DNA of 64,000 nt from an uncultured delta proteobacterium (lineage in GTDB: Bacteria > Desulfobacterota > Binatia > Binatales > Binataceae), in the NCBI GenBank assembly GCA_963711565.1, contig CAVQEQ010000003.1:520958-584957 (forward strand). Direction: 5' to 3'. Shown piece by piece: positions 55,275 to 64,000 of this stretch. How positions within the stretch are numbered: the stretch's first letter is position 1; every line of letters starts with the position of its first letter. The translations under genes and the position numbers were made by a program. Below the pieces are notes generated by a model. That model did no database searches and was not told the origin of the DNA. It worked only from the letters and a program-made list of their open reading frames with translations.

Positions 55275-56786
55275 CTACAGCTTCACATATGCCGACTTGA
55301 TTTGAGTGAACAGGTCGATCGCGTATTTGCCGTTCTCGCGGCCGAAACCCGATTGCTTGTATCCGCCGAACGGCATCGAAGTGTCCGCGAGTCCGTAGCA
55401 ATTGACCCACACCGTGCCGGCCTTGAGCGCCCGCGCAACCTTGATTGCGCGGCTGATGTCTTTGGTCCACACGGCGGCGGCGAGACCGTAGGTGGTATCG
55501 TTGCCCTGGAGGACCGCGTCGGTCTCGTCCTTGAAAGGAATCGCGGCGGCCACGGGACCGAAGATCTCCTCGCGGGCGATCCGCATGCTGTTGTTCACGT
55601 CCGCGAACAGCGTCGGTTTGACGAAGTAGCCCTTGCCCTCGATAGCTTCGCCGCCGATCGTCGCGCGCGCGCCCTCCTTGCGTCCGAGTGCGAGGTAACC
55701 TTTCACGCGGTCGAACTGCTCCTTGGAAACCAGGGGGCCCAGTCTCGTCTTCGGATCGAGTCCGTCGCCTACCGTCATCCGTTCGGCGGCCTTGCCGAAT
55801 TGATCGAGAAAGTTGTCGTACATTTCCTGCTGCACGAAAATCCTGGTGCCGGCGACGCAGACCTGTCCCGAATTGAAGAAGACCCCGCTCATCGCATTGG
55901 GAATTGCCTGGCTGAGATCGGCGTCGGGGAAAATGATATTGGGCGACTTGCCGCCCAGCTCGAGCGAGACCCGCTTCAGATTGCTGGTCGAGGCAGCCAG
56001 GATCATTTTGCCGACCTCGGTCGATCCTGTGAAGCTGACCTTGTCGATATCCGGATGCTCGGAAATCGCGCTGCCCGCGCCGGGACCGAAGCCCGTCACG
56101 ATATTGACGACGCCGTCAGGGATTCCGGCTTCCTGAATCAGCTCGCCGAGCCGAAGCGCGGTCAGAGGAGTCTGCTCGGCCGGTTTCAGGATCACTGTGT
56201 TGCCGCAGGCGAGCGCGGGGGCGATTTTCTGCGCGGCCATCATCAAGGGGAAATTCCACGGCGTTATCAGACCGCAGACGCCGACCGGCTCGCGCAGCGT
56301 GAAGTTGAACGTTGAAGGATCGGAAGGATTTGTGTCGCCGTAAATCTTGGTCAACCATCCCGCGAAATACCGGAAGATTCCGGCCGAGCCGTTAATGTCG
56401 ATAGCCCGCGCCTGCGACAGGGGCTTGCCGTTGTCGAGCGTCTCGAGTTCCGCGAGTTCGTCCCCGTTTTGTTCGATCAGCTCCGCTATCTTGAGCAAGT
56501 AGCGGGTGCGCTGATGCGGCGTGATGGACGACCACTTGCCCTCCTCAAATGCTTTTCGCGCCGCCTTGACGGCCTCGTCAACGTCGGCCTTGTCGCCTTC
56601 CGCAATCAGCGCAAGGACTTGCTCATTCGCGGGATTGATCGTCTCGAAGGTCTTGCCCGATTTCGAGGGGACCCATTTCCCGCCTATCAGCAGTTTTTTC
56701 GGAGAACTGCTCAGAAATCCGATTGCGGCGCTGGACTTGGCTCCACGCGCTGCGCTTTCGACCGATGGTGTCGTTGCTGCACTCAT
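55275..56786 (-). CDS. NAD(P)-dependent aldehyde dehydrogenase
   Basis: ELGGKSP Glu motif and catalytic Cys in FFNSGQVCVAGTR. Confidence 0.85.
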   Translation of the reverse strand: MSAATTPSVESAARGAKSSAAIGFLSSSPKKLLIGGKWVPSKSGKTFETINPANEQVLALIAEGDKADVDEAVKAARKAFEEGKWSSITPHQRTRYLLKIAELIEQNGDELAELETLDNGKPLSQARAIDINGSAGIFRYFAGWLTKIYGDTNPSDPSTFNFTLREPVGVCGLITPWNFPLMMAAQKIAPALACGNTVILKPAEQTPLTALRLGELIQEAGIPDGVVNIVTGFGPGAGSAISEHPDIDKVSFTGSTEVGKMILAASTSNLKRVSLELGGKSPNIIFPDADLSQAIPNAMSGVFFNSGQVCVAGTRIFVQQEMYDNFLDQFGKAAERMTVGDGLDPKTRLGPLVSKEQFDRVKGYLALGRKEGARATIGGEAIEGKGYFVKPTLFADVNNSMRIAREEIFGPVAAAIPFKDETDAVLQGNDTTYGLAAAVWTKDISRAIKVARALKAGTVWVNCYGLADTSMPFGGYKQSGFGRENGKYAIDLFTQIKSAYVKL

Positions 56787-56812
56787 ATCTTTACCTCCAT
56801 AAATCTCTCGAA

Positions 56813-57679
56813 TCAGAATGGAATGCGCGCGGTCAGAACTACGTTGTGGTTATAGGTGCGATGCATCGTCACCGCGACCTGCTCGCCGGCGCCGAACGTC
56901 AACCCGACCCGGTCATGAATCGGGATGCGCCCGATCACCATCCCCGGCGTCAGATAGAGCGTGCTGTGACCGGTGTCGGCGCCGTACGATTGCCAGGTGT
57001 AGTTGGTCTCGAACTCCGGCCAGAAATATTTGAAGAGCCGATACTGAAACGTAGTATTCCACGCCAGCGGCATCCCGAGCCGGTCCAGGCCGCCGCTCGG
57101 AAACGCGACTCCCACGGTGGACTGCACATCAAAATCGCCGAAACCCTTGCCGGCCGCGAGCGTCGGCGTGAAGATCCCGTGGCCGTTGCCGTTGACGTTC
57201 GATCCGGTCGGCACGCTGAATCCCATGAAGGCGGTCACGATGTAGTTGCCGTTCTCTTCGTTAGCAGAGAGCAGCCGGTATTTGATCAGAAACGGCCAGT
57301 CGGCGAAGCCGTCGGTGTTGCGCGGGATGTTGCGCTTCAGGAACCCCGGTATCCCGACTATGACTTCCGTATTTTGAAACGGGATAAGCTCGATTCCCTT
57401 GCCGGCGCCGAAGTTGTCGGTCGCGACCCCGTCGCGCATCGACTCGAAGAACTGGTCGTAGCGCACTTCTTCTTCGAGCCGCGGCGTGACCGTCACCAGC
57501 GGAGTAATCCAGTGCGGTTGCTCGCTCTGGATTTGAGTGACACGCGGGAACCAGTTTGTGAAGTAGTCCTCGATTGCGGTCCCGAAGTCCGAGACGCTCT
57601 GTGCGCGGCACGGCGCCGCGGCGAAAAGAATAACCACAGTCATACTCAACCCAATGGCTCGTAGATGTCTCGTCACCAT
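56813..57679 (-). CDS. Outer-membrane beta-barrel channel (MetA-pathway/phenol-degradation-type transporter family)
   Basis: Signal peptide. Alternating amphipathic beta-strands. Aromatic C-terminal residue F. Confidence 0.5.
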   Translation of the reverse strand: MVTRHLRAIGLSMTVVILFAAAPCRAQSVSDFGTAIEDYFTNWFPRVTQIQSEQPHWITPLVTVTPRLEEEVRYDQFFESMRDGVATDNFGAGKGIELIPFQNTEVIVGIPGFLKRNIPRNTDGFADWPFLIKYRLLSANEENGNYIVTAFMGFSVPTGSNVNGNGHGIFTPTLAAGKGFGDFDVQSTVGVAFPSGGLDRLGMPLAWNTTFQYRLFKYFWPEFETNYTWQSYGADTGHSTLYLTPGMVIGRIPIHDRVGLTFGAGEQVAVTMHRTYNHNVVLTARIPF

Positions 57680-57737
57680 TCGTCCTCCAGAAAAAGCGTG
57701 CGTTGCTTTCCGACGATCCCGCCACGCCTGTCCGCCG

Positions 57738-59243
57738 TTAGAGCTTCACGTACACGGACTTGATTTGCGTATAGAGATCGAGTGAATGAACCCCCAATTC
57801 GCGGCCGAACCCTGATTGCTTGTATCCGCCGAACGGCGAGATCGGATCAGAGCCGCCGTAGGTATTGATCCAGACCGTACCCGCCTTCAATGCGCGCGCG
57901 ACCTTAAGCGCGCGACTGACGTCGCGGGTCCATACGGCAGCCGCGAGACCGTAGGTGGTATCGTTGCCCTGCAGGATCGCATCGTTCTCGTCTTTGAACG
58001 CGATAGCGGCGCCGACCGGGCCGAAGATCTCCTCCCGGGCTATGCGCATCTGATTGTGAACTCCGGCGAAGATCGTCGGCCTCACGAAATAGCCGGCGCC
58101 GGGGACTGCTTCGCCGCCGGTGGCTACCTTCGCGCCTTCACCTTTCCCAATTTCCAGATAGCTCTTGACCCGATCGAACTGTTCCCTCGAGACGACCGGG
58201 CCGAGCCGGGTCTTCTCGTCAAGCGGATCGCCCACGGTCATCTTTTCGCTCTGCTCGATCAGCCGTTCGACGAATTCGTCATAGACCGGTTGCTCGATAA
58301 AGATTCGCGTCCCCGCTGTGCAGACCTGGCCGGAGTTGAAGAACACGCCCCGGGTCGCGGACTGAACGGCGGCCTCGAGATCGGAATCGCGAAAAATAAT
58401 GTTCGGCGACTTGCCGCCAAGCTCGAGCGACACGCGCTTGAGATTTCCCGCCGACGCCTGAAGAATCAGCTTGCCCACTTCGGTCGAGCCCGTGAATGCG
58501 ACCTTGTCTACGTCGGGATGTTCCGCGATTGAGCTGCCGGCGCCCGGTCCAAAGCCGGTTATGATGTTAACGACGCCGTCAGGGACGCCCGCTTCCTGGA
58601 TCAACTCGCCGAGCCGGATTGCGCTGAGCGGCGTCTGCTCCGCGGGCTTAAGCACGATCGTATTGCCACAGGCCAACGCCGGCGCGACCTTCCATGAGGC
58701 CATCGAGAGCGGAAAGTTCCAGGGAATTATTTGTCCGCAAACCCCAACCGGTTCGCGGATCGTGTAGTTGAACGTCGATGGGTCGGACGGGTTCGTCTCC
58801 CCATAGATTTTCGTAGGCCATCCCGCGTAGTAGCGAAAAGTTCTGGCGGCGCCGGGAATATCAGCCAGCTTGGCGATCGCCAGCGGTTTGCCATTGTCGA
58901 GCGATTCAAGTTCGGCGAGCTGGTCGGCGTTCTGCTCGATGAGGTCGGCGATTTTGTACAAGTAGCGCGAACGCTGATGGGGCGTGATCGAAGACCACTT
59001 GCTCTCGTCGAAGGCCCTGCGCGCAGATGTTACCGCCGCGTCAACGTCCGCCTTGTCGCCTTCCGCAATCAGGGCCAAGATCTCTTCGTTGGCGGGATTG
59101 ATTGACTCGAAAGTCTTGCCCGATTTGGCCGCGACCCACTGGCCGTTAATCAGCAGCTTCTTGGGCGAGTCCCTGAGAAAATTAATCGTCGCCCGCGTTT
59201 TTATTCCCGCTACGGCTCTTTCAAGCGATGGAACCGCTGCCAT
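57738..59243 (-). CDS. NAD(P)-dependent aldehyde dehydrogenase (paralog of 55275-56786)
   Basis: Same ELGGKSP and GQVCTAGTR motifs. ~75% identity to the other ALDH by eye. Confidence 0.85.
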   Translation of the reverse strand: MAAVPSLERAVAGIKTRATINFLRDSPKKLLINGQWVAAKSGKTFESINPANEEILALIAEGDKADVDAAVTSARRAFDESKWSSITPHQRSRYLYKIADLIEQNADQLAELESLDNGKPLAIAKLADIPGAARTFRYYAGWPTKIYGETNPSDPSTFNYTIREPVGVCGQIIPWNFPLSMASWKVAPALACGNTIVLKPAEQTPLSAIRLGELIQEAGVPDGVVNIITGFGPGAGSSIAEHPDVDKVAFTGSTEVGKLILQASAGNLKRVSLELGGKSPNIIFRDSDLEAAVQSATRGVFFNSGQVCTAGTRIFIEQPVYDEFVERLIEQSEKMTVGDPLDEKTRLGPVVSREQFDRVKSYLEIGKGEGAKVATGGEAVPGAGYFVRPTIFAGVHNQMRIAREEIFGPVGAAIAFKDENDAILQGNDTTYGLAAAVWTRDVSRALKVARALKAGTVWINTYGGSDPISPFGGYKQSGFGRELGVHSLDLYTQIKSVYVKL

Positions 59244-59406
59244 TATCCCGGACCCCCTTTATCCTGATAGTCGGCGGCCTCTTCGCTGACAGGGAGAACC
59301 TGTGCGATGAATGTGGTACAAATCGCGCGCGGCGCCATGGACGAGATAAAATGCCTTCTCATAGCTACTGATTGCATGCCATGTTAAGAGCGGATTGACA
59401 AGTATT

Positions 59407-60525
59407 ATGGCATTGATTGGCAACGCCATTGAGCGCGCGCGAACCGAGCGGAACCTCACGCAGACCGAGCTCGCCCGCCGCGCGGGAATCTCGCGGCAGG
59501 CGCTGGGCGCGATCGAATCGGGCGCTTACCATCCGGGCGTGGCTATCGCGATCCGCCTCGCGCACGAACTCGACGCCACCGTGGAAGCTCTATTCGGCGA
59601 ACCCGACGCCGAGACCTCAACTCTCGTCGAGGCGCGATGGTTCGACGACGCTCGACGCCCTGCCCCCGCCCAGACTCGCGTTGCGCTCGCGCGTGTCGGC
59701 GGGAAAGTCGTGGCCGTCGCACAACCTGTCGCCCATCTCACGCTGGCGACCGCGGCCGGCGTAGTGCAACGCGCCCGGCGGCATCGCGTCAACGTCTGCA
59801 CCTTTCGACTGCCCAACGAAATCGACTCGACGCTGTTGATGTCGGGATGCGACCCTGCCGTTACGATCCTCGTTGACTGGCTCGCGCGACGCCGCTCCCA
59901 CGTTCACGCGGTCGCGATTCCGTGCTCGAGCCGGGCAGCGCTGCGGGCCGTCGTCGATGGCCGCGCGCACGTCGCCGGCGTGCATCTTCGTGATCAGAGG
60001 AGCGGCGAGTACAACCTCGCGCCAATCCGCCGCACCCTGGGTGACCGGCACTCCGTGGTCGTGAACTTTGCGCGGTGGGAATTGGGCCTTGCGACGGCGC
60101 CCGGCAATCCGCTGGCAATCGATGGGTTCGCCGACCTGCAGAGACCGGGCTTAAGAATTGTGAACCGAGAAGACGGATCCGGGGCACGCTCGGCGCTCGA
60201 CCAGGCGCTGCGCGAACTCGGTATTAAGCCGGAGCGCGTCGCCGGGCATCACTTCGAAGTCGGCGGTCATCTCGAAGTTGCGGCCGCGATCGCGACCGGG
60301 CAGGCTGACGCCGGAGTCACTATCCGGCTCGGTGCCGACGCCTACGGATTGCATTTTATTCCGCATCGCGACGAGCGCTACGACCTCGTGTTCATGGAGC
60401 ACGAGGCCGAGTCGATGCCGATCAAGGCGATGCTCGACGCTCTGAACTCGCGGCGCTTTGCACGCGAGATCAGCCAGCTATGCGGCTACGACACCGCGCA
60501 GATGGGACAAGTTATCCACTCTTGA
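59407..60525 (+). CDS. XRE-type HTH plus periplasmic-binding-protein-like (PBP-like) domain regulator
   Basis: MALIGNAIERARTERNLTQTELARRAGISRQALGAIE is an XRE HTH. The C-terminal ~250 aa is substrate-binding-domain-like. It is divergent from the ALDH gene. Confidence 0.6.
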   Translation: MALIGNAIERARTERNLTQTELARRAGISRQALGAIESGAYHPGVAIAIRLAHELDATVEALFGEPDAETSTLVEARWFDDARRPAPAQTRVALARVGGKVVAVAQPVAHLTLATAAGVVQRARRHRVNVCTFRLPNEIDSTLLMSGCDPAVTILVDWLARRRSHVHAVAIPCSSRAALRAVVDGRAHVAGVHLRDQRSGEYNLAPIRRTLGDRHSVVVNFARWELGLATAPGNPLAIDGFADLQRPGLRIVNREDGSGARSALDQALRELGIKPERVAGHHFEVGGHLEVAAAIATGQADAGVTIRLGADAYGLHFIPHRDERYDLVFMEHEAESMPIKAMLDALNSRRFAREISQLCGYDTAQMGQVIHS

Positions 60526-60575
60526 TCCGTTCTGTTCCCCTCGCCTGAAAAGAGATCCCTTCTGTTCCCCTCTCC

Positions 60576-60611
60576 TGAAGGGAGAGGGGTTAGGGGAGAG
60601 GTTCCAGCGTA
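60576..60611. repeat. 35-bp GC-rich hairpin element (inverted copy of 15235-15270), preceded by a tandem ttctgttcccctc-cctgaa direct repeat at 60541-60590
   Basis: cccctctcctgaagggagaggggttaggggagagg is the reverse complement of 15235-15270 apart from 2 nt. It lies just after the stop of the upstream gene. Confidence 0.65.
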
Positions 60612-60798
60612 AGAATTCGCGCGCTCGTAACATTCGACTCATCATGTCGTAACGACGCCTCTCTAGTTTGCCCGTGCCGCGGAGGGAGGACGCCGATTTC
60701 GTGCACTCAACAGTCGTTGGCGTCTTAGCACGCTCTCGCTGAGAACGTTTCGCCCGCGAGAGTTTTCGCATCGTGGATAGGAGAGTCCAGGGAGGACA

Positions 60799-62484
60799 AT
60801 GATGAGACGAACGATACGAATGGTCGCGCTATCGATGTTGGGCGCGGTGCTGATGCTCAGCGCCGTCGCGATGACACCAAGGCTTGCGGGGATCGCAGAG
60901 GCACAGTCGATCATGCTGTACAGCGATCCCGCCACCGGGCAGGTGTACACCAAGCGATGCAAGCGCTGCGTCAGGCTCGGCGAGTATGTCCCGGCCGGCT
61001 CGACCGAAGAGATCGAGCGCAAGGTCGAGATAAAGACCCAGCAGCAGCTCGATCAGGAGCGCGCTGCCATGCAGGCTGAGGAAGCGCAGCGGCAGGCGCA
61101 ACAGCAGCAGTGGAACGCCGAGATGGCCAAGGAGGTCTCGACGATTCAGCCGTGGGCTACGGAGTTCGGCGATCGCTGGTATAAGAAGATCTCGGTCGGC
61201 ACCCTGGTCTATGCATACTACGGGTTCTGGTCGCACACCGGGTTTGGTCCGCAGTTCATGGACGCCAACATGCAATGGCCCGGCCCTGGCAACAACTCCT
61301 TCAACGAATTCGCGATCAACCGGACCTACCTGGACTTCAAGTTCACGCCGATCGACAACGTCTCGATGCGGATCACGCCCGACATGTACGCGATGGTTAA
61401 CACCGGGACTACCTGCACCGCGACCTCGCCGACAAAGTGCACAGCGAGCAGCGGCGACAAGGTCGGCACCAACACCGGATGGGCCCAGACGGACGATGGG
61501 AACCTTGGTCTGCGTCTGAAATACGCCTATCTCGACTACAACACTTTCTTTCAAAAGGTGTTGAAGATCGCTGCGATGCACGACGATAAGTTCACCTTCG
61601 GCCAGCAGCAGAATCCGCTCGTCGATTGGGAAGAAAATCTGTGGGGCTTCCGTTATACCGCGCTGACCCCGTGGAACTATCTGAGCTTGAGCTCGGCACA
61701 GGTCGGCGCCGCGATGAAGGGACCGATCAAATTTAACGAGACCCAGTACGCTGACTACGATTTCGGCGTCTACGACGACGCCAGCTACCACGCCCTCGAG
61801 CAGAGCGCCTACAAGCAGGTGATGGGCCGCGTAACGGTCAATCCATTCGGCGCCACCTCACGTTACGACAGCCTTGGTCTCACCGGCTTCTATGACTACG
61901 GCTACTCGCAGAAGTGCACGCCTGACGAGAATGAACTGACCGGCAACAACGGCACCTGCGGACATCTCGCGCGCGCTGCGGGGTTAGTACACTACACGGC
62001 CGAACACTGGGGTGTAATCGGCGAGTGGGATTACGGCCACAATGCTTTCAGCAGTTCCAACCTGTACTCGGGCAGCGGTCCGGCAGATGCAATCGGTATC
62101 GCCACCACGGGCCCCAGCAGCTTTACCGCCTGGAACAAGATGGTCGGCGGAATTCTGAACTCTCAAGCGGTGCAGGAGGGCGCAGACTTGCTGGGGCACT
62201 ACGATATCCCGCATACCCCGTTCACGCTCTTCGGCCTGCTCCAGTGGTTCCAGCCTAACACACGCATCCAGAAGGACCCCCTCGACTTCACGCGCTACGA
62301 TCTGGGCGTGCAATGGCTGATCAACCGGTATCTGCGCGTGTCGTTCGACTCGCAGGCCATCCAGTACTACCACAGCCAGTTCACGTTCGAGGGCGGGCAA
62401 TTGGGCAAGAAGTCGGTGGATGTTCCGTTTGCCGTGCCCCGCGACACGCACGCATTCTTCCTGCACCTGGAATTCAGATACTAG
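60799..62484 (+). CDS. Outer-membrane porin (OprO/P-like) with N-terminal coiled-coil segment
   Basis: Signal peptide. A ~60-aa Gln/Glu-rich coiled coil. A long beta-barrel region ending with aromatic EFRY. Confidence 0.5.
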   Translation: MMRRTIRMVALSMLGAVLMLSAVAMTPRLAGIAEAQSIMLYSDPATGQVYTKRCKRCVRLGEYVPAGSTEEIERKVEIKTQQQLDQERAAMQAEEAQRQAQQQQWNAEMAKEVSTIQPWATEFGDRWYKKISVGTLVYAYYGFWSHTGFGPQFMDANMQWPGPGNNSFNEFAINRTYLDFKFTPIDNVSMRITPDMYAMVNTGTTCTATSPTKCTASSGDKVGTNTGWAQTDDGNLGLRLKYAYLDYNTFFQKVLKIAAMHDDKFTFGQQQNPLVDWEENLWGFRYTALTPWNYLSLSSAQVGAAMKGPIKFNETQYADYDFGVYDDASYHALEQSAYKQVMGRVTVNPFGATSRYDSLGLTGFYDYGYSQKCTPDENELTGNNGTCGHLARAAGLVHYTAEHWGVIGEWDYGHNAFSSSNLYSGSGPADAIGIATTGPSSFTAWNKMVGGILNSQAVQEGADLLGHYDIPHTPFTLFGLLQWFQPNTRIQKDPLDFTRYDLGVQWLINRYLRVSFDSQAIQYYHSQFTFEGGQLGKKSVDVPFAVPRDTHAFFLHLEFRY

Positions 62485-62569
62485 CTACGAATCGGTACCG
62501 CCGGCGCGAGCATGCAAAATGCTCGCGCCGGCTTTTGTTTTTGGCGGTCTGCTGATCAATCCCGGAGAA

Positions 62570-62872
62570 TCAATAATCCGTATCGACCCGCTTCAAGGCT
62601 TGAGCGAGCTCGTCGGGCGAAACCTGCTCGCCCGCTGAGATCCTCGCTATCAGTTGCCGGTCTTGCTTCTCCTGAACGTAGTAGTCTTGCTCGGTCACAG
62701 GCTCTTGCGTCCAGAACTTCGCCTTAAATTCGTCCATTTGCTCATGTCTCTGGAGCTGGTGGACGATCGTCGCGCTGTCCGGATTTGGAGCGCTCGATTG
62801 AGCGAGTGCGACGGCAGGAACGGCGAGACCAACGGCGAAGGCGATGATTCCCAAACACCTGGAGTTCATCAT
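62570..62872 (-). CDS. Small secreted hypothetical protein
   Basis: Signal peptide MMNSRCLGIIAFAVGLAVPAVALA. AT-rich promoter-like region upstream at 62873-62940. Confidence 0.45.
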   Translation of the reverse strand: MMNSRCLGIIAFAVGLAVPAVALAQSSAPNPDSATIVHQLQRHEQMDEFKAKFWTQEPVTEQDYYVQEKQDRQLIARISAGEQVSPDELAQALKRVDTDY

Positions 62873-63045
62873 GTCACACCTCCGTAATAATCTATTAACA
62901 TTTTATTAATATACGGTCCCCTCGTCAAGATAAATCGGCTTTCGCCGAGCCGATCGTGTCTGGTCGAGATGAAGCGTGCTTTTGCGACAGTCGATCTGCC
63001 GCTCCGAATTGGGCGGACCGAAAATGAAGGCTAAGGTCTTAGCCG

Positions 63046-63975
63046 TCACACTTGGGAGACCGTATAGGCCACCTGGCTGCCGTCGAAGTATGGCTTGTAG
63101 TAGGTCGATCCAAATACGTAGTAAGTCATGTCGTTGAACGTGGTCGCGTAGGCGCCGTTCGGCAGAGTATAGACGTTAGCTCCTATCGGTGGACTTACAA
63201 TCTGATAGCCGGATCCATTTTGCTGATAGAAGGTCCCATTCGAATAGAAGAAGGTGACGCCGTAGGCGTAGGTCGTCGCCGCACCCGGCGGCAAATAAGG
63301 AACCGTCGCACCTATAGGAGGTGCAACCACGGCATATTGACCGCCGCTCGGCGCTACGAAGTTACCGTTGGAATAGTAGTAAGGAGTCCCGTTATTGATG
63401 ATAGTCGTCGATGATGCCGGCGGCTGCGCCATGCTCGAACCTATCATCATACCTGCGGCCAGACCTCCTACGGCACCGAGCGCAGCGGCGCCGGCAACGT
63501 CACCCGAACTATATCCCCCTCCGCCGCAGCAGTAAGGATTGCCGCCGCCTCCGTAATAATTGTTGGAGTTGTTTTGGTTCACGGTGTCGATCGTGTTGTC
63601 GTTCTCCGTGTTCATCTTTTTTTCGGTCTTTTCATTGTTCTGCTGAAGGGTATTAACTTCGTTGTACTGGGCCTGCTTTTGCGCCGTCTGATTCGCGTTG
63701 TAGGTGTTGTAGTCCGCCTGCTTGGTCGATGAGGAAGTGTTCTGCCATGTGCTCGAAGAATGGTTCTCTGACTGGCCGCCCGAGGAATAGTTATCGGAGT
63801 GGCTGAAGTTGCCACCGCCAAAACCGTCGCCGCCATGACCGCCCCATCCGCCGCCTCCTCCGCCGCCACGTCCGCCAAATCCGCCACCGCCACGACCGCC
63901 ATAGCCGCCGCCACTCCATCTGGCCAAGGCTGGCGGAGCAGTCAGCAAGGCAACTCCGGCTATCGCGACGGCCAT
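63046..63975 (-). CDS. Secreted glycine-rich low-complexity protein with duplicated C-terminal Tyr/Pro-rich ~40-aa repeat
   Basis: Signal peptide. (GGGxGGRGGG)n. Asn/Gln-rich middle. Two C-terminal repeats (PPIGATVPYLPPGAATTYAYGVTFFYSNGTFYQQNGSGYQIV). Confidence 0.5.
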   Translation of the reverse strand: MAVAIAGVALLTAPPALARWSGGGYGGRGGGGFGGRGGGGGGGWGGHGGDGFGGGNFSHSDNYSSGGQSENHSSSTWQNTSSSTKQADYNTYNANQTAQKQAQYNEVNTLQQNNEKTEKKMNTENDNTIDTVNQNNSNNYYGGGGNPYCCGGGGYSSGDVAGAAALGAVGGLAAGMMIGSSMAQPPASSTTIINNGTPYYYSNGNFVAPSGGQYAVVAPPIGATVPYLPPGAATTYAYGVTFFYSNGTFYQQNGSGYQIVSPPIGANVYTLPNGAYATTFNDMTYYVFGSTYYKPYFDGSQVAYTVSQV

Positions 63976-64000
63976 TTGAAGCGCGCGCCTGCCGCCAGTC

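Noticed and set aside
60541-60611. Short tandem direct repeats (ttctgttcccctc-cctgaa x2) considered as a possible CRISPR fragment
   Set aside because: There are only two irregular repeat units with no spacers and no cas genes. It is better explained as part of the GC-rich hairpin element family.

Overview
This 64 kb window is high-GC, gene-dense chromosomal DNA from a diderm (Gram-negative-type) bacterium. The diderm call rests on LpxD, a GT9 heptosyltransferase, several outer-membrane beta-barrels and lipoproteins. Luciferase-like and PPOX-family enzymes suggest F420 use, as in Rokubacteria, Deltaproteobacteria or Acidobacteria-like soil lineages, but the taxonomy is inference only. I call about 60 protein genes on both strands, most of them housekeeping or envelope functions. 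They include zwf, lpxD, mscL, a PiT phosphate transporter, HtrA, a multicopper oxidase, two aldehyde dehydrogenases, a CPA2 antiporter and an S53 peptidase. I found no rRNA, tRNA, CRISPR array, transposase or integrase.

The signals most worth a second look:
- A redoxin-fold gene (21528-22112) has an in-frame TGA exactly at the first Cys of a WCxxC motif. A hairpin with a GU-containing loop sits 11 nt downstream. Together these fit a UxxC selenoprotein with a bacterial SECIS.
- Two families of conserved intergenic hairpin repeats sit immediately after stop codons.
- Two genes, the S53 peptidase and a YafY/WYL regulator, are each split by a frameshift.
- Two type II toxin-antitoxin pairs are present: VapBC and an HTH-MntA/HepT pair.
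- Two tandem paralogous small 4-TM membrane proteins are followed by a ClpX-type zinc-finger/HTH protein.
- Two convergent Kelch-propeller genes flank two zinc-ribbon genes.
- MscL carries a C-terminal zinc-ribbon extension.

Every call comes from reading translated motifs. No database search was possible.
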